DNA of 32,110 nucleotides from Promethearchaeota archaeon (GTDB taxonomy: Archaea > Asgardarchaeota > Lokiarchaeia > Sigyniarchaeales > SOKP01), in NCBI GenBank assembly GCA_048940925.1, contig JBHLOC010000054.1:1-32110 (forward strand), read 5' to 3'. Below are positions 1-8,837 of this stretch, in pieces (position 1 is the first letter of the stretch; each line of letters opens with the position of its first letter). Both the position numbers and the translations under genes were made by a program. The notes beneath the pieces were generated by a model. The model ran no database searches and had not been told where the DNA came from. It was given only the letters and a program-made list of their open reading frames with translations.

Positions 1-430
1 CGGTGCCAGAGGGTACATTTGAATTTCCTGAGCAGGAACCCATAGATGATCAAGAACAAGAACCAGAATTTGAGGATGTACCAGAGTGGGTTCCCCCAGA
101 AGATTTAGCGGGAGACAATGATCCTGAAATTCCTGTTCCAGAAGGTATTTTTGAGCCTGCTGAATCAGAACAAGAACCAGAATTTGAAGATATTCCAGAA
201 TGGGTACCCTCTGAAAAATTAGCGGGTGATTATATACCTGAGATTCAAGTGCCTGAAGAAACGTTTGAACCTGTAAAACCAGAATCAGAACCAATTGATG
301 ATCAAGAACTTGATTTAGATTCTGAATATGTACCAGATTGGGTTCCTCCAGAAGAGTTAGCGGGAGATAATATCCCAGAAATTTTAGTTCCAGAAGATAC
401 TTTTGAATTTCTTCAACCTGAGTTAGAATC
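1..430 (+). repeat. Intragenic imperfect tandem repeats (38-46 aa units, P[ED]WVPxExLAGDxxPEIxVPExxFE)
   Basis: Three recognisable copies plus a partial copy at the window edge; 'ttagcggg' recurs at ~106, ~220 and ~357. Confidence 0.85.
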
Positions 431-3257
431 CATATATGACGAAGTACAGGAAGATTTAAATTCAACAGAAGAAAAATGTGAGCAGGAAAATCATAATGAT
501 ATTGTTCAAAAATATCCGCATGAACATTCTTCTGATGTTCTTCAAAAACAAAATGACATTTTAATTATGGGAAATAGTTTCTATTCCAGTCATAATGACA
601 CTGACTCTTTTAGAGATTTTAAACCAAAAGAAGAGGGAAAAGATCAACAAAAACCAGAAAGAAAATTGCCAATAAAGACAAGAAAAACTCAAACTAATAA
701 AAAAAAATCAGGATCTGATAGAAATACTATAAATAAGCAAAAATCAGGTCAAAGAACCATTCTTGTTTTAAAACCAGAAATAAAGGAGAAGAAAACAGAG
801 AATAAAAATAAAGCGAAGCCTATAAAAAATGAAAAAGACGAAAAAGAGACTCAAAAAGAAAATGAGGAGGAGGTCCCGCAAGAACTTAGAGAAAGATATA
901 AACGTGAGACAGGAAAGAGAGCTATATATGCAGGTAAAAATACTAAAGGTTTTGATGAATGGCAAAAAATACAAAAGAAATCAGAAACAGTAAAAGAAAA
1001 TAAGGAAAAAAGAGAGTTAAAAGAAGATTGGGAGCTATTATTAGAAAAATGGATAAATGAGGCGAATGAAAAAGTAATTTCTAAAGAGATTAAGAAAAAG
1101 CTTTTAGAAAAAATTAGAAAATATAGGCGCCTAAAGGATTTAAGTAGAAGGCTCTTCTACTTGTTAAGAAAAGAAAATCTAACAGAAAAAGAGACTGATG
1201 AAATTGAAACTTTGATTCAGCAAATTAAGAATATGGAGCCGATTCGAGAAGAGATTTTTAATAACTTAAGAGCTTTTAAAAAGTTCTATGAAGAAAATAT
1301 AAAATGGTTTGAGTATCGAATTCAAGCCGAGAGAGAGAAATTTACAAAATTCCTTGCTGAAAAATTAGAAAAACTTAAAGAAAGTAATGAGCTAAGGGAT
1401 AATTCTTCTAATTGGAAAGATCTATTGAAAAGGGCTTTAGGCTCATCAAAAGAAATTGACAGTTATGAAAAAATCTTAGTTGTCAATATCTTGAAAAAAT
1501 CTGATTTAACTGATAAAGATATCAAAAATTTATCGCTAATATTAAGCAAACTTGAGACGAAGGTATTGGTTGACATTTTTGGAGAAACCTTCTATTTACA
1601 AACACAAAATTATGTGAGATGGGGTTGGGACTTCTATAGAAATATAAAAATGGAGATCTTACGAGATTATTTTTCTTTAATAAAGGAAAAATCAAAATTA
1701 TTAGAAATTAATAAATCCGAGAAAATAATCAAGAATAAATTAGATTTGTTAAGAAGTATTGTTGAAATAATATCTAATAATGAAGATTTATCAAACTTAA
1801 ATGATAAAGATATTAAATTTCTATTTTTATTATCAGAATTAATAGGTATAATTCTTGGGGATGGAAATATCCGAAGATATAGTTTTAGAATAGATTTGAA
1901 TAAGGAAGATGAAATAGATTATGTAAATTATGTTAGTAATTTGATTTATCAAGTTTTAGGTAAATTTCCTCAAAAAAGGGACAGGAGAGGTATAGATGAA
2001 GAACATGAAGGGAAGGGCATTAGACTTATAATTAATGGTAAAGGAATAATAGACTTATTGACTAGAATTGGACTTAAAAGAGGGGATAAAATTAAGAATG
2101 CTGCAAAGGCTCCTGAATGGATTTTAGAAAATAAAATTTTAATCCCATATATATTAAAAGGCTTATTTGATACTGATGGAAATATTGATATACATAAAAA
2201 ATGGAGGGCACTCATTTTAAGATTTGTTAGTGGTTCTCAAATCCTTATAAAGAATTTCAAGTTAATGTGTGAAATATTAGATATAAAAACTTCGAATATT
2301 AGACCAATTAAAATAAAAAGTAAAAAATACAATAAGGTGTATGACGCTTGGGTTGTTTCAATAGGCTCTAAAGAAGCTATTAAAAAATTTATTGAAATTG
2401 TCGAACCTAAGAAATTCTTGTATCGCAAAAAGTTAATAGCAATGTTATTATTTATCCTTAAAAATTCTGAAAGAAAAGAGATAATAGATGAGGAGAAAAA
2501 AAAGGCATTCCCGAAGAAAAAAAAAATAAATCAATTTACTAAAGAATATATGGATTTCCTTCAGAAAATGTTTAAAAAATACAATTGGAACATTAATAAT
2601 GATCTTATAGAAAATCTTATAAAAGAAGCCTTGACTCTTAGAACACACAATTATAATATTTTAATAGGAGAAAAGTTAAAGGAGCTTTTTGAAATGCTTG
2701 GAACTGTTAAATTGGTTGTCGATTTTTTTATGAATAAAGGAGAAAAGTTATCTTTTCAGACTGTTAAAAACCATATAAAAAAATTATTGAGTAGAGAAAA
2801 ATATATAAACATATTCAGTAGTTCTAAATATAATCCGTTAGAAATTTTAGGAGATTCTTTCTATGATAAATGGGAAATAAACAACTCTAGAATTATTATC
2901 GATAAAGATAAAAGAAAAATCAATCAATTTAACTCAATATTAAGAATTAAAATAGCTCTTGAAATTTTTAATTTTCTAAAAAAAAATATTGATCCTTATT
3001 CAGTTAAAAATAATTTGATTATAAACCATTTAAAAGAATTAATTGAAAAATCTCCTTATTTTGGAAGATTAAATTATCTTTTGAATGATATTGATTATGC
3101 CCCAATAGTAAAAAATTATTTTATACGTCTAATAATTGTTGTAAAAGAAATAATAAAAAGTCCCAATGAGACAGCTTTCAGCATAGGTAAGAAATCAAAT
3201 CTGAAGGCAGATACAGTTCAAGATATAATGAATAAATTAAAAAAAAAGGTTGATTAA
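1..3257 (+). CDS. Large multidomain protein (5' partial): acidic Pro/Glu repeats, K/E-rich helical region, double-motif LAGLIDADG (DOD-type) endonuclease domain, possible C-terminal HTH
   Basis: Frame is open from the window edge. LAGLIDADG motifs LSELIGIILGDGNI (~1830-1870) and ILKGLFDTDGNI (~2150-2186), with the typical intervening 'GLKRGDK...PEWI' and the downstream 'LCEILDIKTS...W.V.I.SKEAIKKFIEIVEP'. No Hint splicing blocks recognised. Confidence 0.85.
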   Translation, partial: VPEGTFEFPEQEPIDDQEQEPEFEDVPEWVPPEDLAGDNDPEIPVPEGIFEPAESEQEPEFEDIPEWVPSEKLAGDYIPEIQVPEETFEPVKPESEPIDDQELDLDSEYVPDWVPPEELAGDNIPEILVPEDTFEFLQPELESIYDEVQEDLNSTEEKCEQENHNDIVQKYPHEHSSDVLQKQNDILIMGNSFYSSHNDTDSFRDFKPKEEGKDQQKPERKLPIKTRKTQTNKKKSGSDRNTINKQKSGQRTILVLKPEIKEKKTENKNKAKPIKNEKDEKETQKENEEEVPQELRERYKRETGKRAIYAGKNTKGFDEWQKIQKKSETVKENKEKRELKEDWELLLEKWINEANEKVISKEIKKKLLEKIRKYRRLKDLSRRLFYLLRKENLTEKETDEIETLIQQIKNMEPIREEIFNNLRAFKKFYEENIKWFEYRIQAEREKFTKFLAEKLEKLKESNELRDNSSNWKDLLKRALGSSKEIDSYEKILVVNILKKSDLTDKDIKNLSLILSKLETKVLVDIFGETFYLQTQNYVRWGWDFYRNIKMEILRDYFSLIKEKSKLLEINKSEKIIKNKLDLLRSIVEIISNNEDLSNLNDKDIKFLFLLSELIGIILGDGNIRRYSFRIDLNKEDEIDYVNYVSNLIYQVLGKFPQKRDRRGIDEEHEGKGIRLIINGKGIIDLLTRIGLKRGDKIKNAAKAPEWILENKILIPYILKGLFDTDGNIDIHKKWRALILRFVSGSQILIKNFKLMCEILDIKTSNIRPIKIKSKKYNKVYDAWVVSIGSKEAIKKFIEIVEPKKFLYRKKLIAMLLFILKNSERKEIIDEEKKKAFPKKKKINQFTKEYMDFLQKMFKKYNWNINNDLIENLIKEALTLRTHNYNILIGEKLKELFEMLGTVKLVVDFFMNKGEKLSFQTVKNHIKKLLSREKYINIFSSSKYNPLEILGDSFYDKWEINNSRIIIDKDKRKINQFNSILRIKIALEIFNFLKKNIDPYSVKNNLIINHLKELIEKSPYFGRLNYLLNDIDYAPIVKNYFIRLIIVVKEIIKSPNETAFSIGKKSNLKADTVQDIMNKLKKKVD

Positions 3258-3931
3258 ATTTTTAAAGGCTCACCGCCTTGTTCTAAAATTTCTACTTTAA
3301 TATTTGGATCTTTTTTCTCTAGTAACTCTTTGAATTTGCTGAGATCCTTACCCCAATTTTGCCTTTATATATGACCTGTATATAAATTATGCATTGGAAT
3401 TGCAATCTTAGGTTTTACATCAATAATAGAATCAGTAGATTCGTCAAAATCCATTGTATAGGTTCCTCCGCACGGCATCATTGCGACTGTAATGTGTTTG
3501 CTTGCTAAATCTTTCATTTCTGGAATTCTTTCAGTGTCACCAGCATGATATACACTTTTATCTCCAGATCTTACAATAATCCCTGCCCATTCATTACTTT
3601 TAGGGTGATTTGGTTTTTTTATATTATATGCGGGGATTAGTTCAATTGAAAGATCCTTATAATCGAAAATTTCGCCAAATTTTAAGGGTTTTCCGTTAAA
3701 TTTGCTTAAATCACTTGAGATACTTGCTGGACCTATAACCACAGTATCGTCTTTAAATATTTTTTTGATACTTCCTGCATCAAAATGATCACCATGAGAG
3801 TGTGTTGAAACCACAACATCAGCTTTCTCTTCTCCTTTTTTAATTTGGTAAGGATCTAAATAAATCACATTCCCACCCTCTGTCTTTATCTTGAATGCGG
3901 CATGGCCTAACCATGTAATTTCCATAGTCAT
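3254..3931 (-). CDS. MBL-fold metallo-hydrolase (UPF0173/Lactamase_B_3-like); exons 3931-3388 and 3357-3254, 215 aa if spliced
   Basis: Motifs WLGHAAF, DPY, THSHGDHFD, YHAGDT, GGTYTM, PMH. The reading frame continues past the TAA at 3365-3367 as NWGKDLSKFKELLEKKDPNIKVEILEQGGEPLKI*, which resembles the usual MBL C-terminal helix-strand. Its stop (3254-3256) overlaps the stop of the convergent gene. Confidence 0.88.
3358..3387 (-). other. Putative 30-nt bulge-helix-bulge intron in a protein-coding gene
   Basis: mRNA reads AUUCCAA-UGCA-UAA-UUUAUAUA-CAGGUCA-UAUAUAAA-GGCA-AAA-UUGGGGU: 7-bp outer helix, two 3-nt bulges, 4-position central helix (3 Watson-Crick pairs + A.G) and an 8-bp inner helix. 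Cutting after the 2nd nt of each bulge restores the frame and removes the stop. Confidence 0.82.
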
Positions 3932-3940
3932 TTTTTTATT

Positions 3941-3945
3941 TCACC
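3941..3945 (-). promoter_or_regulatory. Shine-Dalgarno (GGTGA) of the MBL gene
   Basis: GGTGA ends 9 nt before the ATG at 3931. Confidence 0.6.
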
Positions 3946-4107
3946 ATCTAATATTATTTCTTTAAACAATTTTTATTGTATCATTATGATTTAATATAAG
4001 ACCTAATATAACTTTATCACTTTCAGAATAGTTTTGAAACACTTTAATGATGACTGTTGAAAATTAAAATAAATTGATTAAAAAAAATCAGACTTTAATA
4101 AGTAAAA

Positions 4108-4467
4108 TCACTTTTCTTCTTCAAATTTCCATTCAGGGCTTTCGAGCTGAATTTTCTTAGAAATCCCAAATATGTCCTCATTCGAAATATCTATTTCTTT
4201 TGTTCGTTCCAAAAACAATTTATTCTGAAAATCAGGAATTTCGTTTATTAAAGGAGGTTTCTGAAAAGAAGGAGTGAAACTCATTAACTTCATCGCAATG
4301 AGTTCTTTTGAGATTTGATCATTTAATTTTGTATTTTTTTTGAAGGAAGGATTTTCAATATGGGAAAAATGAGTTTTATTAATATTAAATGAATCTTTTG
4401 GGGCAGTAGATTTTAATATTCGGCAGGTGGGGCAATTTATTTCATCTAAACCATGAATACACGTCAT
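4108..4467 (-). CDS. Hypothetical protein with N-terminal CxHG-x5-CxxC putative Zn-binding motif
   Basis: MTCIHGLDEINCPTC start; non-overlapping ORF. Confidence 0.75.
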   Translation of the reverse strand: MTCIHGLDEINCPTCRILKSTAPKDSFNINKTHFSHIENPSFKKNTKLNDQISKELIAMKLMSFTPSFQKPPLINEIPDFQNKLFLERTKEIDISNEDIFGISKKIQLESPEWKFEEEK

Positions 4468-4603
4468 TTTTTCTATAATAAAAGATTTTTTAAATTCTAA
4501 GTATACCGAATTATTTGTCTCATTTAATTTTTTTTATTATAATTTTTTAAATATTTTAAAAAAACTGGCTTCTCTAAAGAATTAAATATAGATTTAATTA
4601 AAT

Positions 4604-5371
4604 ATGAATATGATGTTAAAAGGTGTTTTTTTTGATCTCTATGGAACATTATTAATACCTAAAAATAGTAAAAAAGCATGGAACAACTGGTTTTATACCT
4701 TTTATAAAATTATGAGAAGCTATGGATTAAAATCATCAAAAGCAGATTTTTCAAATGAATGTAATGGCTTTTTCTCGAGAGCAGAACCTCAGGAAAACAT
4801 TGAGGGATTAACGATTTATGAAAATCAGATAAGAGATTTTGCTAGAGATTTAAACTTAAAACTCGAAAAATTTAAGATTAAAAAAATTGCGAATGAATGT
4901 GTCAATGCGTGGCATAAATATATAAAAATTGATCCAGAAACAGTGCCATTATTAGAATCTTTGAATAATAAGAAATCTTTAGCCCTTATAACTAATTTTG
5001 ATCATCCGCCGTATATTTATTCAGTTTTAACTAAATATAAGCTTTCCAATTATTTTGAATTTATAGCCATTTCAGGAGAGATTGGTATTAAAAAACCTGA
5101 TCCATATATTTTTCACATTACCCTTAAAGAGACTGGATTGAAGCCTGATGAAGTAATATTTATAGGGGATAGTAAAGAAGATATCGAAGGAGCTAACTAT
5201 GCTAATATTAAACCGATTTTAATTCAGCGCCAAAGCTCTAAAAGGTTATTGTCTGCTAATGATTATGCTTCAAAAAGAATGATTAAAAATGAAAATATAC
5301 AGAATTATGATAACAAACCGTGGAAAATCATTTCGAATTTAAGGGATTTATATAAAATAATTAATTTTTAA
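4604..5371 (+). CDS. HAD-superfamily hydrolase (subfamily IA)
   Basis: FFDLYGTL motif I, ITN motif II, KPDP motif III, IGDSKEDIEGA motif IV. Confidence 0.92.
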   Translation: MNMMLKGVFFDLYGTLLIPKNSKKAWNNWFYTFYKIMRSYGLKSSKADFSNECNGFFSRAEPQENIEGLTIYENQIRDFARDLNLKLEKFKIKKIANECVNAWHKYIKIDPETVPLLESLNNKKSLALITNFDHPPYIYSVLTKYKLSNYFEFIAISGEIGIKKPDPYIFHITLKETGLKPDEVIFIGDSKEDIEGANYANIKPILIQRQSSKRLLSANDYASKRMIKNENIQNYDNKPWKIISNLRDLYKIINF

Positions 5372-5537
5372 ACAATTTTAGATAAATTACAGACCCAAAT
5401 CTCGAGTAAACAACTTAGAAACTAAAATTTTGTAAAATTTTTAAATCTAAATCAATTAATTTTAATATTCAAAATTATTAATAAAAATTTGAAATCTCTT
5501 TAAAAAACAACTTTAAAACCGAAAAAGTGAAAAAATA

Positions 5538-7304
5538 ATGGCTGAATGGCAAGTAAATGAAGAAAAGGCTTGGTTTAAAAAATGGTGGCCTGAAAAAACT
5601 CCTAAAAATTATGATTTCGAAAAAATTTCTTTGGGAGAAATATTTGAGAGACAACGAAAGAAATATCCTAATGAGCCTATGATGTGGTTTTTAGAGTCAT
5701 GGATGACTTATGATGAAGCTGGTAGTGCTATAGATTCATTAGCGACAGCTTTTCACAAATTAGGGATTAAAAAAGGTGATGTAGTAGCATTTTTAATGCC
5801 AAATTGTTTTCAGTATGTAATTAGTTTCTATGCCTCTGTAAAACTAGGTGCAATAGCGACTGGTATAAATCCAACTTATAAACCTTTAGAAGTATTACAT
5901 CACTTAAAATTGACTAATGCCAAAGTGTTAATTACTTTAGATGCTTTATACGGCGAACTAGCTCGACCTATTATCAATAAAACAAATGTTGAAATGGTTA
6001 TTTATACTAATATTGCTGATTTAGCATCCGGATTGCCAAGCTGGAAAAAAAGTCTAGGAAAAATGGTTGGAAAAATTCCAAAAGGGAAAATTGATTTTCC
6101 AGGAGCAATAAAATTCTTAGACCTTCTCGATACTGAATCTGATTTACCAAAAGTAGATTTTGATCCCATTAAACATACAGCAACATATTTGATGACCGGT
6201 GGAACCACAGGAGTCCCTAAAGCTACTGTTTTAACCCATTTCAATTTAGTAACAAATGCAATTCAATGTGTTTTATGGGTGGGTGGAGAAGATCCCGGAG
6301 TTGGTGATATTGGAGCAATTCCGTTATTTCATTCATTCGCAATGACCGCTGTTATGAATGTCGGAATAGCTTTGGGAGGATGGATGATGCTATTTCCAAG
6401 ACCTCCTCCAATAGAAGATTTCTTAAAAGAAATTTCTCATATTCCTGCCCCAAAGGGTCTTTTTTATGCTGGTGCTGAAATTTTATTTAAAAGAATAGCT
6501 GATTTTCCAAATCTAAATAAATTTCCGAATTTAATGGGAAGATTAAGACTTTGTATTTCAGGTGCTGGGCCTTTACATGCGCCAGTACAGCAATCATTTC
6601 AAAAGAATACAGGTGGACGAATAGTAGAGGGATATGGTCTTTCAGAAGCAAGTCCAGTTGTAAGTGGGGGCAATTTATTTGGCGAAAGTCCTGTTGGAGT
6701 AATTGGTATGCCATTTCCAGGTACTGATTGGGCAATTTTTGATGCGGATAACTTTGAGAAAGGACCAATAGCAGATGGGCTACCCAGTTCTAATTATGGA
6801 GAAGAACATACTGGGGAATTATGTGTTTGCGGTCCGCAAGTCATGCAGGAATATCTAAATCAACCAGAAGAAACAGCAGAAACGCTTAAAAAATGGGATG
6901 GACGAACATGGCTTTTAACTGGGGATATTGGTTTTATGAATGAAGATGGAACTGTTACTCTTAGAGACAGAAAGAAACAGTTAATTAAAGTAGCAGGGCA
7001 TTCAGTATTTCCTGCTGAAGTTGAAACTATGCTTATGAGTAATGAGGCTGTTTCTGAAGCCGCAGTAGCAGGATTACCGGATCCAGCTGGAAAAGTTGGA
7101 GAAATAACCAAGGCATGGGTTGCATTAAAACCACAATATAAAGGTAAAATTACTGAAAAAGAATTGATTGCATGGACTGAAAAAAACATGACAAAATGGA
7201 AATGTCCAGCAATGATAGAATTCGTTGATGAAGTCCCTAAAAGTGCTATGGGAAAGGTTGAAAGGCGTGTTTTACAAGAAGCAGATCCATTATTTAATAA
7301 GTAA
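5538..7304 (+). CDS. Long-chain fatty acid-CoA ligase (AMP-binding, FadD-like)
   Basis: MTGGTTGVPKA P-loop, PLFHSFA, EGYGLSEASP, WLLTGDIG, DRKKQLIK, PKSAMGKV. Confidence 0.95.
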   Translation: MAEWQVNEEKAWFKKWWPEKTPKNYDFEKISLGEIFERQRKKYPNEPMMWFLESWMTYDEAGSAIDSLATAFHKLGIKKGDVVAFLMPNCFQYVISFYASVKLGAIATGINPTYKPLEVLHHLKLTNAKVLITLDALYGELARPIINKTNVEMVIYTNIADLASGLPSWKKSLGKMVGKIPKGKIDFPGAIKFLDLLDTESDLPKVDFDPIKHTATYLMTGGTTGVPKATVLTHFNLVTNAIQCVLWVGGEDPGVGDIGAIPLFHSFAMTAVMNVGIALGGWMMLFPRPPPIEDFLKEISHIPAPKGLFYAGAEILFKRIADFPNLNKFPNLMGRLRLCISGAGPLHAPVQQSFQKNTGGRIVEGYGLSEASPVVSGGNLFGESPVGVIGMPFPGTDWAIFDADNFEKGPIADGLPSSNYGEEHTGELCVCGPQVMQEYLNQPEETAETLKKWDGRTWLLTGDIGFMNEDGTVTLRDRKKQLIKVAGHSVFPAEVETMLMSNEAVSEAAVAGLPDPAGKVGEITKAWVALKPQYKGKITEKELIAWTEKNMTKWKCPAMIEFVDEVPKSAMGKVERRVLQEADPLFNK

Positions 7305-7465
7305 AAAATAAGCTCTTTCTTTTTTATTTAAATATTTAATTTTTTAATTTTTTTATCGAATCTTCTTATTCAAATCTATTACATCCTAAATTCGATTAAT
7401 AAAATAAATAATACATTCTAATTTTTAGAAAATAAAGCAATTTAATTATATTTTACACTTAACCG

Positions 7466-8737
7466 ATGCATTCAAAACCAAGTGACAAAACATTTAAGAG
7501 CTACTTATTCTTTTGGCTTGGTCAATTATTTTCATTATTAGGATCATCAATAATAGGATTTGCTATTACGTGGTGGATTGCGGATACAACTGGAAGTGCA
7601 ATATATCTATCAATTGCGGCGTTTTCTTCTTCTCTTCCAATGGTAATATTAACTCCGTTTATGGGTGTCTTTATAGACAGATGGAATCGGAAAATCACAA
7701 TAGGATTAACTGATTTTCTCCAGGCGTTTACAACTTTTTGGATAATTATTATGTTTTTATTAAATATTGAAAATATATGGCTTCTTATAGTGTTGAATAT
7801 GGTGCGTGCTATTTTTCAAGCAATTCATTACCCAACTGTAAATGCAATTATCCCAATAATGATACCGAAGAAACATTTGAGTAGAATGAATGGGATAAAT
7901 TACTTCTTTACTGGAATGATACGCACTATAGGACCAGTAATAGCAGCAACATTATTACTATTTTTGGTGATTGAGCAAATTCTTTGGATTGATATAGTAA
8001 CTTTTATTATAGCAATTATCCCATTACTTTTGATTACGATTCCTCCGATACAGAAAAATTCCGTTCAAGCTAATAAGGAACCTTTTCTCAAAGAAATGAA
8101 ATTTGGAATTAAGATTCTTAAGGCAGTGCCAGGGCTACTTACTTTATTAATATTGATTTCTATAATAAATCTACTAAATAATCCATTCAATACGTTAATG
8201 CCTTTATTTATCAAGATTAATCATTCTGGTGGAGCATTTGAGTTTGCAATAGTATCAGCACTTATTCAAGTAGGAGTTGTTATTGGAGCTCTTATAAGCT
8301 CGCTTAAGAAAGAATGGAAACATAAAGAAATGATTATTTTACAGTCAATTATCATTGGCATTATTGGGTATTTAATTACGACAATTGCTCCACATGGTAA
8401 TTTTCTACTGATAGGTATTGGAGGTTTAATTCATGCTTCTATGATGCCTATCGCAAATACAATGTTTCTTACAATTATACAAACTAGGGTACCAACAGAA
8501 ACTCAGGGAAGAGTTTTCTCAATCGTAGTATCAATTGCATTTTCTGTGATGCCTATTGGAATGATTCTTTCTGGACCTTTAGCAGAATTATTTGGTATAT
8601 ACATACTTTTCATAAGCAGTCTTATATTACAAACAATTATTCTAATACTCACATGGTTATTTTCAGATATAAGGCACATTAAAAATGAAAATGTGTCAAT
8701 TGAGAATAAAGATAATAAAGATCCAAGGGAATTTTAG
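7466..8737 (+). CDS. MFS transporter (MefA/DHA3-like efflux)
   Basis: About 12 hydrophobic segments; FWLGQLFSLLGS, GVFIDRWNRK (motif A), QTRVPTETQGRVFS. Confidence 0.92.
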   Translation: MHSKPSDKTFKSYLFFWLGQLFSLLGSSIIGFAITWWIADTTGSAIYLSIAAFSSSLPMVILTPFMGVFIDRWNRKITIGLTDFLQAFTTFWIIIMFLLNIENIWLLIVLNMVRAIFQAIHYPTVNAIIPIMIPKKHLSRMNGINYFFTGMIRTIGPVIAATLLLFLVIEQILWIDIVTFIIAIIPLLLITIPPIQKNSVQANKEPFLKEMKFGIKILKAVPGLLTLLILISIINLLNNPFNTLMPLFIKINHSGGAFEFAIVSALIQVGVVIGALISSLKKEWKHKEMIILQSIIIGIIGYLITTIAPHGNFLLIGIGGLIHASMMPIANTMFLTIIQTRVPTETQGRVFSIVVSIAFSVMPIGMILSGPLAELFGIYILFISSLILQTIILILTWLFSDIRHIKNENVSIENKDNKDPREF

Positions 8738-8837
8738 TTCAAAATTCTATAATCAGAATCAAACTTAAAACAATAATAACTTTTAATTTTTATATTAATT
8801 ACTTTATTACATACAAGTTTCATATAATTGTTTTCTT

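Noticed and set aside
1700-2660. Intein in ORF 3..3257
   Set aside because: No recognisable N-terminal Cys/Ser Hint block. The 'THN' near 2645 is followed by Tyr, not Cys/Ser/Thr.
3365-3367. Stop-codon readthrough (Sec/Pyl) or simple pseudogene as the explanation for the MBL stop
   Set aside because: The codon is TAA, not TGA/TAG. It sits inside a 10-codon insertion that forms a BHB, and the downstream exon is intact.
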